NCBI GenBank assembly: GCA_040752415.1
Contig: JBFMGU010000234.1
Span: forward strand, 1-16,684
Length of the DNA stretch: 16,684 nucleotides
Reading direction: 5' to 3'
Source of the DNA: Myxococcota bacterium
GTDB taxonomy: Bacteria > Myxococcota > JACRCW01
Shown here piece by piece: positions 1 to 6,495 of the stretch. The translations under genes and the position numbers were made by a program. Position 1 is the first letter of the stretch. Each line of letters begins with the position of its first letter. The notes under the pieces are model-generated. The model did no database searches and was not told the DNA's origin. It saw only the letters and a list, made by a program, of their open reading frames with translations.

Positions 1-126
1 GCCATCCCCCGCCCCGCCCCGCGCGCCGTCCCCCGCGGGAGCTCCTGCGTCGCTGGCGGAGGGCGGGGCGCACGCGACGCAGAGTGCGGCAACCAGCGTT
101 GCTGGCAGGGGCAGGCGCAGGGACAT
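1..126 (-). CDS. 5' end of a putative lipoprotein (runs off the left edge)
   Basis: Not in the ORF track. ATG at 126 is preceded by GGAGA-N6. The frame is open to the edge and reads MSLRLPLPATLVAALCVACAPPSASDAGAPAGDG..., i.e. a basic residue, a hydrophobic stretch, a lipobox-like VAC and a Gly/Ala/Asp linker. Confidence 0.55.
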   Translation of the reverse strand, partial: MSLRLPLPATLVAALCVACAPPSASDAGAPAGDGARGGAGDG

Positions 127-196
127 GGGTGTTCTCCGGGCCGCGAGGGTAGACCACCCACGCCGTCCCGCCCACCCGCACCCTCGGCGGGGCCGC

Positions 197-1645
197 TCAG
201 CCCAGCGGCAGGCTGACGCGCGCCAGGGCGCCGCCGCCGCCGTCGCGGTTCTGCAGGGAGATGTCGCCGCCGTGCCCGGTGACCACCGTGTAGACCATGG
301 GGAGCCCCAGCCCGGTGCCGGAGCTCTTGGTGGTGAAGAACGGCTCGAAGAGGCGCACGGTGACCTCGGGTGGGATCCCGCCGCCGTCGTCCTCCACCAG
401 GAGCACCGCGCGGCTGCCATCCCGGTGCAGGTCCACCGAGACGCGTCCCTTGCAGGCCTCCAGCGCGTTCTTCACCAGGTTCACCACCGCCCCGCGGAGC
501 GCGTCGGGGTCGCCGGTGCAGAACACGCCGTCCTCCACCTGCGCGCGCAGGTCCACGTTGCGGTCCCGCGAGAGCTCCAGGTTGAGCGCCACCACCTCGC
601 GCGTCAGGGTGCTGAGGTCCACCGGCGCCCGTCGGTACTCACGCGGGCGCGCGAAGGCCAGGAAGTCCCCCAGCAGCCCGTTGAGCCGGCCCAGCTCGTC
701 CTGCACCAGGCGCAGCGGCTCGTCCAGGGGGACGCGGTCGTCGTCGGGGAGCTTGCTGATGCGCCGCGCCAGCAGGCTGAGCTGCAGCATGGCGGCGTTG
801 AGCGGGTTGCGGATCTCATGGGCCAGGCCGGCGGTCAGCGTGCCCACCGCGGCCAGCTTGTCGCTCACGCGCGCGCGGCGCTCCAGCTCGCGTTGGGCGG
901 TGACGTCGAGGCCCATGCCGTAGATGAGGTCCTCATCCTGCTGCACCTGGCGGCTCCAGCGCACCTGCACGCGCCGCACCGAGCCGTCCTTGCAGACCAT
1001 GTCCACTTCCCACTCCAGCGCCTTGCCGGCGAACGCCTCCAGGACGCGCTGGCGACGGTGCTCCCGCTGGTTGGGCGGCGCGAAGATCTCGAAGTAGTCG
1101 CGCCCCAGGATCTCCTCACGCTTGTAACCGGTGATGGCCTCCAGGGCGCGGTTGGCAAAACGCACGCGGCTCTGCCGGTCCAGCGCCACCATCAACGCCT
1201 GCACGGTGTCCACGATGGCGCGCAGCCGGCGCTCACTGCTCTCCAGCGCCTCCTGCAGCTGGCGCGAGGAGCGCCGCAGGTGCACGCGGTCCAGCGCGCG
1301 CGCCACCGTGAGGCGCAGCTCCTCCATGCCCACCGGCTTGATGAGGTAGGCAAACGCGCCGCCGCGCACCGCCTGCACCGCGCTCTCCAGGTCGGCGTTG
1401 CCGGTGGTGACAATGGCCTCGCTCTCCGGGCACTGCTCCTTGAGGCGGGGCAGAAGCGCGGTGCCGAGCATGTCCGGCAGGCGCACGTCCAGGATGGCCA
1501 GGTCAAAGCCCTGCTGGGCGTGCTGCAGCGCGCGGGTCCCCGAGGGGCTGACCTGGACCTGGTAGCCGTCCAGCTCGAAGACCTCCACCAGGTTCTCGGC
1601 CAGCTCCTGGTTGTCCTCCACCAACAGGATGCGGGAGACGGTCAC
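197..1645 (-). CDS. Hybrid sensor histidine kinase, REC-PAS-HisKA-HATPase (NmpS-like)
   Basis: Receiver (ILLVEDN, AILDVRLPD, YLIKP); PAS (VRFANRALEAITGYKREEILGRDY...KDG); H-box AHEIRNPL; N-box NLVKNA; G1 DDGGGI; F-box FEPFFTTK; G2 GTGLGL. GTG start. Confidence 0.93.
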   Translation of the reverse strand: MTVSRILLVEDNQELAENLVEVFELDGYQVQVSPSGTRALQHAQQGFDLAILDVRLPDMLGTALLPRLKEQCPESEAIVTTGNADLESAVQAVRGGAFAYLIKPVGMEELRLTVARALDRVHLRRSSRQLQEALESSERRLRAIVDTVQALMVALDRQSRVRFANRALEAITGYKREEILGRDYFEIFAPPNQREHRRQRVLEAFAGKALEWEVDMVCKDGSVRRVQVRWSRQVQQDEDLIYGMGLDVTAQRELERRARVSDKLAAVGTLTAGLAHEIRNPLNAAMLQLSLLARRISKLPDDDRVPLDEPLRLVQDELGRLNGLLGDFLAFARPREYRRAPVDLSTLTREVVALNLELSRDRNVDLRAQVEDGVFCTGDPDALRGAVVNLVKNALEACKGRVSVDLHRDGSRAVLLVEDDGGGIPPEVTVRLFEPFFTTKSSGTGLGLPMVYTVVTGHGGDISLQNRDGGGGALARVSLPLG

Positions 1646-1649
1646 GACG

Positions 1650-2366
1650 TCATGACCCCCCGAGCAGCGCCAGCATCTTGCGGAAGTCCAGCGGCTTCTC
1701 CATGAAGTGCGCGCCCTGTTCCGCGGCCACCGCCTCCGGGTTGGCCAGGTCGGTGGCGTAGCCGGAGAAGAGCAGCTTGATGCACCCGTGGGAGTGCGGC
1801 TGCAGGCGACGCAACAGGTCCAGCCCGTTGCCGTCGGGGAGCTTGAGGTCCACCAGCAGGATGGAGGGCTCCGCGCTCTGCGCCAGCGTCAGCGCCTGCG
1901 CGCAGCTGTGCGCGGCCCGGCCGGAGAAGCCGTGGTCCGCCAGCATCTCCAGGAGGTTCTGCGCCAGGTGCGGCTCATCCTCCACCACCAGCGCCCGACG
2001 ACCATCCACCATGGCGCGCAGCCGTCCCAGCATGGTGGCCAGCTCCACGGGCTTGCTCACCACCGCGGTCATGCCGGCCTGCACCGCGGCTTCCATGCGG
2101 TCGTCGCGGGCGTAGGCGGTCATGGCGATGGCGGGCAGCGCGGGGTCCACCTTCACCAGCTCCCGGTACAGCTCCACGCCGTCCATGTGCGGCATGCGCA
2201 GGTCCAGCACCGCCATGGCGTAGCGGCCGGGGGCCATGGCCTGCAGCGCGGCGCGCGGGTCGCCGAACACGTCCGCCTGGTACCCCGCGTCCTGGACGAT
2301 CTCCGAGAGGTTCTCCGCCAGGTCCACGTTGTCATCCACGATGAGGATCCTGCGACCCGCGTTCAT
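1650..2366 (-). CDS. Dual receiver-domain response regulator with no output domain (NmpT-like / AfGcHK partner-like)
   Basis: Two complete receiver domains: ILIVDDN/D55(LRMP)/TAY/SKP and ALVVEDE/D173(LKLP)/SGY/EKP. The ATG overlaps the upstream kinase stop (ATGA). Confidence 0.93.
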   Translation of the reverse strand: MNAGRRILIVDDNVDLAENLSEIVQDAGYQADVFGDPRAALQAMAPGRYAMAVLDLRMPHMDGVELYRELVKVDPALPAIAMTAYARDDRMEAAVQAGMTAVVSKPVELATMLGRLRAMVDGRRALVVEDEPHLAQNLLEMLADHGFSGRAAHSCAQALTLAQSAEPSILLVDLKLPDGNGLDLLRRLQPHSHGCIKLLFSGYATDLANPEAVAAEQGAHFMEKPLDFRKMLALLGGS

Positions 2367-3520
2367 GCTCCGCTCCCCCCGGGGGCCCGCGTGGGCAGCT
2401 TCACCTCGAAGGCGGCACCTGGCAGCGCGCCTGCGGTGATGGCCATGGTGCCCCCGTTGCGCTCCGCGTACTTGCGACAGAGCGCGAGCCCCAGCCCAAT
2501 CCCCCGCGCCTTGGTGGTGACCAGCGGCTCGAACAGCCGGGCGCGGATGGCCGGGTCAATGCCCGGCCCGCTGTCATTGATCACCACGCTCACCATCTCC
2601 CCCGCCGCGCGCGCGCTGATGCGGATCTCCCCCTGCGGGCCCGAGGCGTCGGCGGCGTTGTCCAGCAGGTTCAGGAAGATCTGGCGGATCTGGTCGGGGT
2701 CCACGTGCACCGGGGGCAGGTTGGCGGGAATCTCCTCCGTCACGCGCACCGTGGCCGGCACGCTGGCGGTCTCCCGCGCCATGTCCACCAGCTGCTTCAC
2801 GTTGACGTCCTTCCGCGTGGGCGGGCGGTCGCGGATCATGGCCAGCAGGTCGGTGATGATGCGGTTGGACACGCGCAGCTGCGCGTCCATCTTGTCCAGG
2901 TGGCGCAGCGTGCGCTCATCATTCCCCGCGCGGGAGCGCAGCAGGTAGAGCGAGGACTCCATGACCGAGAGCGGGTTGCGCAGCTCATGGCCAATGGACG
3001 CCACCAGCTGACCAAACGTGGCCAGGCGCTCACTCCGCTGCACCTGCAGCAGGTAGTCCTCCCGGTAGGTGTGCAGCATGATGGCCAGCTCCATGTCCAG
3101 GATCTTGTTCACGGAGTGGAGCTGACGTCTGGCTTCCTCTCCGCCGGCGTGCTGCAGCACCACATCCACGAGGTGCCCGCGGATGACGTTCACCGCGGCG
3201 AACATGTACTGCTGCGGCAGGTTGATCTGGACGTGGCGTCGGCCAATGCGCGCGCGCTGCTCGTAGTACTTCTGGTCCCACGGGCCGGTGAACAGGCCTT
3301 CCAGCCACAACACCAGCGTGCCCTTGAGCCGCTCCACCTGGGCGTCGCCGCCGGTGATGGAGTTGCGCGCGCCGGGGTGGCGCAGGATGTGGTCGTAGAA
3401 ATCATCCACGATGGCTGCCATGTGCGGACGGACCACAGGCCGAAGGCTGCGCAGCACGTCTTCGTCGGCGGGAAGGAAGTCCACGTAACGCTTCAGCTCA
3501 TCGAAAAGGTGCTCGGTCAT
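2363..3520 (-). CDS. Globin-coupled (protoglobin-domain) heme O2-sensor histidine kinase, AfGcHK/NmpU-like
   Basis: N-terminal sensor globin (FDELKRYV, FY42DHIL distal Tyr, RIGRRH96V proximal His, LPQQYM, LDMELAIMLHTYRED), then H-box GH178ELRNP, NLLDNA, DSGPGI, FEPLVTTK, GIGLGL. ATG 3520 is preferred over the track's GTG 3559 because it matches the recalled homolog N-terminus. Confidence 0.95.
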   Translation of the reverse strand: MTEHLFDELKRYVDFLPADEDVLRSLRPVVRPHMAAIVDDFYDHILRHPGARNSITGGDAQVERLKGTLVLWLEGLFTGPWDQKYYEQRARIGRRHVQINLPQQYMFAAVNVIRGHLVDVVLQHAGGEEARRQLHSVNKILDMELAIMLHTYREDYLLQVQRSERLATFGQLVASIGHELRNPLSVMESSLYLLRSRAGNDERTLRHLDKMDAQLRVSNRIITDLLAMIRDRPPTRKDVNVKQLVDMARETASVPATVRVTEEIPANLPPVHVDPDQIRQIFLNLLDNAADASGPQGEIRISARAAGEMVSVVINDSGPGIDPAIRARLFEPLVTTKARGIGLGLALCRKYAERNGGTMAITAGALPGAAFEVKLPTRAPGGSGA

Positions 3521-3636
3521 GGCGGTCCGCCATATAGGCCCTCCCTGCCCGGCAGGCACGCGCCCGCGTCAGCGGCAGAGGTCATGAGGCTCGTCGTCCG
3601 GTCCCGCTGGCGGCGGCCCTTGGCGTTGGCTCCCTG

Positions 3637-3652
3637 TGCGTGGAACGTGCCA
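3637..3652 (-). promoter_or_regulatory. Candidate sigma54 (-24/-12) promoter for the globin-kinase operon
   Basis: The minus strand reads TGGCACGTTCCACGCA: a consensus TGGCACG and exact GG-N10-GC spacing. The -12 element is ACGC instead of TTGC. Confidence 0.6.
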
Positions 3653-3694
3653 GGAGCCACCGCCCTGGGCCCGGCACGAAAATCGCGCGGATTG

Positions 3695-3740
3695 CCGCAA
3701 GCGGTGCGTGGGTGACCCCATGGTCCCGCAAGGATTGCGC
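3695..3740. promoter_or_regulatory. Tandem palindromic enhancer-like sites (CGCA-N5-TGCG x2)
   Basis: CCGCA-AGCGG-TGCGT (3695-3709) and CCGCA-AGGAT-TGCGC (3726-3740). The starts are 31 bp apart, and both sites lie between divergent sigma54 promoter candidates. Confidence 0.55.
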
Positions 3741-3770
3741 AAATTTCCGGTCATTTCCGGGTCCGGGGGC

Positions 3771-3786
3771 CGGCATGGGCCGTGCT
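3771..3786 (+). promoter_or_regulatory. Candidate sigma54 (-24/-12) promoter for the NtrC-type activator
   Basis: CGGCATGGGCCGTGCT with GG 3772-3773, N10, GC 3784-3785. It ends about 58 bp before ATG 3844. Confidence 0.6.
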
Positions 3787-3843
3787 TGGTGGGAGTGCGT
3801 TCACGCGCAGCGGCTGCGCTGCCCGCAATCCAAGGTGAGCCTG

Positions 3844-5367
3844 ATGCTGACGGAAAACCCCACCCCGGCCCCCGCAACCCACGCCACGGAGGGGGCCAAC
3901 CCCAACGCGGCGGCCCAGTCCACCACCCCGCCCAAGCGCACCGGGCTGCAGCGCGCACGCATCCTGATCGTGGATGACGAGGCCAACGCCCGCGGCGCGC
4001 TGGCCGAGCTGCTGCGCGACGAGGGCTACCAGGTGGAGACCGCTGCCGACGGGTTCAAGGCGTTGCCGAAGCTGGAGGACTTCAACCCCGACCTGCTGCT
4101 GACCGACCTCAAGATGCCCGGCATGGACGGCCTGGAGCTGATGGGGCGGGCGCGCCAGCTGGACCCGGAGCGCGCGGTGGTGGTGATGACCGCCTACGGC
4201 GCGGTGGAGACCGCGGTGGCGGCCATGCGCAAGGGCGCCGCCGACTACCTCACCAAGCCCATCAACATGGAGGAGCTGGTGCTGGTGTTGGAGCGGGCGC
4301 TGGAGCGTCGGCGCCTGCGCGCGGAGGCGGGCCAGCTGCGCGCGCGCCTGGCGGAGCGGCACCGCATTGAGTCCATGGTGGGCAACAGCCCGGCCATGCA
4401 GAAGGTCTATGACACGGTGCTGCAGGTGGCGCCCTCCCGCGCCAGCGTGCTCATCACCGGTGAGAGCGGCACGGGCAAGGAGCTGATTGCGGCGGCCATC
4501 CACCAGCACAGCCCGCGCGCCAACGGACCTTTCATCAAGCTGCACTGCGCGGCGCTGGCGGAGACGCTGCTGGAGAGCGAGCTGTTCGGCCATGAGCGCG
4601 GTGCGTTCACCGGAGCGGTGACGCGTCGGGACGGGCGCTTCCAGCAGGCGGACGGCGGCACGTTGTTCCTGGACGAGATTGGCGAGATCAGCCCGGCCAT
4701 CCAGGTGAAGCTGCTGCGCTTCCTGCAGGAGCACGAGTTCCAGCGCGTGGGTGGCAACCAGACCATCCGCGTGGACGTGCGCGTGGTGGCGGCCACCAAC
4801 CGCGACCTGGCCCGGCGGGTGAAGGACGGCCTTTTCCGGGAGGACCTCTACTACCGGCTCAACGTGGTGAGCATCGAGATGCCGCCGCTGCGGGAGCGGC
4901 CCAGCGACATCCCGCTGCTGGCCATGCACTTCCTGCGCAAGTACGCGGGGGAGAACGGCAAGGAGATCCAGGGCTTCAGCGACGACGCGCTGGCCAAGCT
5001 GATGCGCCACCCCTGGGCGGGCAACGTGCGCGAGCTGGAAAACGCCATTGAGCGCGCGGTGGTGATCTGTCGTGGGGAGACGGTGCGCGTGGAGGACCTG
5101 GCGCCCATCATCACCGACCGCGCCGAGGCCGTTCCGGGCGCCGCGCCGGTGAGCGGCAACAGCGGACTGCCGCCGGTGCCGGGCAGCACGCTGGCGGAGC
5201 TGGAGAAGTACGCCATCCTCAAGACGCTGGAGCACACCGGCGGCTCGACGAGCAAGGCGGCGGACATCCTGGGCATCTCCACGCGGAAGATCCAGTACAA
5301 GCTGCACGACTACCAGGACGGAAAGCTCGGTCGCGCCAAGCGGCAGCCGCACAACACAACGGCGTGA
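3844..5367 (+). CDS. Sigma54-dependent response regulator (REC-AAA+-Fis HTH; NtrC family, NmpR candidate)
   Basis: Receiver (ILIVDDE, LTDLKMP, TKP), Walker [15 protein letters not shown] loop, Walker [31 protein letters not shown]-terminal HTH ([18 protein letters not shown]). Start placed at ATG 3844, which follows AAGGTGAG. Confidence 0.95.
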   Translation: MLTENPTPAPATHATEGANPNAAAQSTTPPKRTGLQRARILIVDDEANARGALAELLRDEGYQVETAADGFKALPKLEDFNPDLLLTDLKMPGMDGLELMGRARQLDPERAVVVMTAYGAVETAVAAMRKGAADYLTKPINMEELVLVLERALERRRLRAEAGQLRARLAERHRIESMVGNSPAMQKVYDTVLQVAPSRASVLITGESGTGKELIAAAIHQHSPRANGPFIKLHCAALAETLLESELFGHERGAFTGAVTRRDGRFQQADGGTLFLDEIGEISPAIQVKLLRFLQEHEFQRVGGNQTIRVDVRVVAATNRDLARRVKDGLFREDLYYRLNVVSIEMPPLRERPSDIPLLAMHFLRKYAGENGKEIQGFSDDALAKLMRHPWAGNVRELENAIERAVVICRGETVRVEDLAPIITDRAEAVPGAAPVSGNSGLPPVPGSTLAELEKYAILKTLEHTGGSTSKAADILGISTRKIQYKLHDYQDGKLGRAKRQPHNTTA

Positions 5368-5393
5368 TGCGCTGAGCGCCGGAAGGACCCTCA

Positions 5394-5435
5394 GGCCGTC
5401 GTTGCCCCCGCGGTGACGACGGCCCGATGTTTTTT
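5394..5435 (+). terminator. Probable intrinsic terminator after the sigma54 activator
   Basis: 13-bp stem GGCCGTCGTTGCC / GGTGACGACGGCC (two G-U pairs) with a 5-nt loop, followed by CGATGTTTTTT. It starts 26 nt after the stop codon. Confidence 0.6.
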
Positions 5436-5587
5436 GGTGCGCCAGCTGCCAACCTCGCGGGCAGGTACTCCGGAATCTTCACCGGCGGGCCCCTTGGGTG
5501 CCTGGCTGCGCGGCGTGGCGGCGGCGCGAGGCGTGGGTTGGGTTGGGAAGGCTGGCCGTCGCGGGGGCGGGAGGCCTGGTCGCAAGC

Positions 5588-5604
5588 AAGGTGTAATACA
5601 CCTT
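5588..5604. promoter_or_regulatory. Perfect 17-bp operator-like palindrome
   Basis: AAGGTGTA-A-TACACCTT, AT-rich in a GC-rich context. The 1-nt centre argues for a DNA site over an RNA hairpin. Confidence 0.45.
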
Positions 5605-5624
5605 TAGGGCGAGCACTCATGGGT

Positions 5625-5761
5625 TGTCGGAGAATCCCCAAAGAAGGAAGTCAGAAGTCAGAAGTCAGAAGGTGGTCCCGTGACGACGATGGGCAAGCAC
5701 CTTCTGACTTCTGCATTCTGCATTCTGACTTCTGACTTCCTTCTCCTGGCAATGTCCGACA
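5625..5761. repeat. Heptamer tandem-repeat palindromic element
   Basis: TGTCGGA-N10-AGAAGG(AAGTCAG)x3AAGGTG-N23-CACCTT(CTGACTT)(CTGCATT)x2(CTGACTT)x2CCTTCT-N10-TCCGACA. Confidence 0.85.
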
Positions 5762-5766
5762 GACCT

Positions 5767-6495
5767 TCAGTTCAGCCAGAGCACTTCCGCGCCTTCGGCG
5801 TCCAGGTACCACTCCACGCGTGGACCGCTCTTGGGCTTCTCGCCGGCGGCCTCGTCCAGGGCACGGGCGGCCTTCTGGTCCAGCTGGCGCTTCTTGAGCT
5901 CGCCGTAGGCGGTGATGCGGCGCTCGCGGGTGGACGGCTCGAACTTCCACTGCGTGCCCGGCGGAACAATGCGCACGCCCGTCGGAGCGGAGCGGTGCTC
6001 GGCAATCTCCACCCAGCAGCCGGTCTGGCATTGACGACGGACCACGCCAGTGATGCGCAGGCGCTGCCCCTCGAAGATGGTGGGATCCTCAAGCACGTCC
6101 TTGACCGGGAAGCTGGGGATCTCCGGCAGCGAGGCGCCGAGGCGGTCGGTGGGTGTGCCGTCGGAGAGTGAGCGCAGCAGCTCCTGCTCCTCCAGCTCCT
6201 TGCGCGCCTTCTGCTGCGACTGCGCGCGCTGCGCCTCCCGCACCCGCCGCTCGATGTCCTCCGGGCTGAGCTTGACGTCCTCGTCCGACGGCGCGCCCTC
6301 GCTCTTCTTCTCCTCGCCCTTCTGCTCCGGCTTCTTCTCCTCGGCCTTGGGCGCGGGCTGCGCGGGGGGCGGCTTGGGTTGCAGGCCGTAGGGATCCTGC
6401 AGGTCCAGCTGTTGCGCCCACGCCGGCACCGAGGCCAGGCTGCCCGCCATGGTTGCGGTCCACAAAACTCGCCACAAGACGACACGCGCGCCCAT
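5767..6495 (-). CDS. Secreted protein with a C-terminal DUF4920-like (OB-fold) domain
   Basis: Signal peptide MGARVVLWRVLWTATMAGSLASVPAWA|Q, then a Pro/Lys/Glu-rich linker and a charged helix, then PVKDVLEDPTIFEGQRLRITGVVRRQCQTGCWVEI. The C-x3-CW pattern resembles DUF4920 as recalled. The start is supported by an upstream promoter. Confidence 0.72.
   Translation of the reverse strand: MGARVVLWRVLWTATMAGSLASVPAWAQQLDLQDPYGLQPKPPPAQPAPKAEEKKPEQKGEEKKSEGAPSDEDVKLSPEDIERRVREAQRAQSQQKARKELEEQELLRSLSDGTPTDRLGASLPEIPSFPVKDVLEDPTIFEGQRLRITGVVRRQCQTGCWVEIAEHRSAPTGVRIVPPGTQWKFEPSTRERRITAYGELKKRQLDQKAARALDEAAGEKPKSGPRVEWYLDAEGAEVLWLN

Noticed and set aside
125..3715. Long plus-strand ORFs 125-1705, 1707-2948 and 2705-3715
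   Set aside because: Antisense shadows of the kinase and regulator genes, expected from high-GC codon bias. They contain no recognisable motifs.
3640..3843. 68-aa N-terminal extension of the sigma54 activator given in the ORF track
   Set aside because: It overlaps the promoter and enhancer elements. ATG 3844 has an SD-like sequence and lies downstream of the predicted TSS.
3751..5352. 533-aa minus-strand ORF
   Set aside because: Antisense shadow of the NtrC-family gene.
5379..5390. CCGGAAGGA resembling the SRP RNA domain IV loop
   Set aside because: It lacks the flanking CAGG and AGCAGC and the long SRP stem.
5642..5744. CRISPR array or IS interpretation of the repeats
   Set aside because: The units are 7 bp and contiguous with no spacers. 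There is no cas or transposase gene and no clear target-site duplication.
5427..6031. Small ORFs crossing the heptamer element (SQKSE / SDF repeats), including ATG 5619
   Set aside because: The peptide repeats are simply translations of the 7-bp DNA units. There is no coding-like codon bias.
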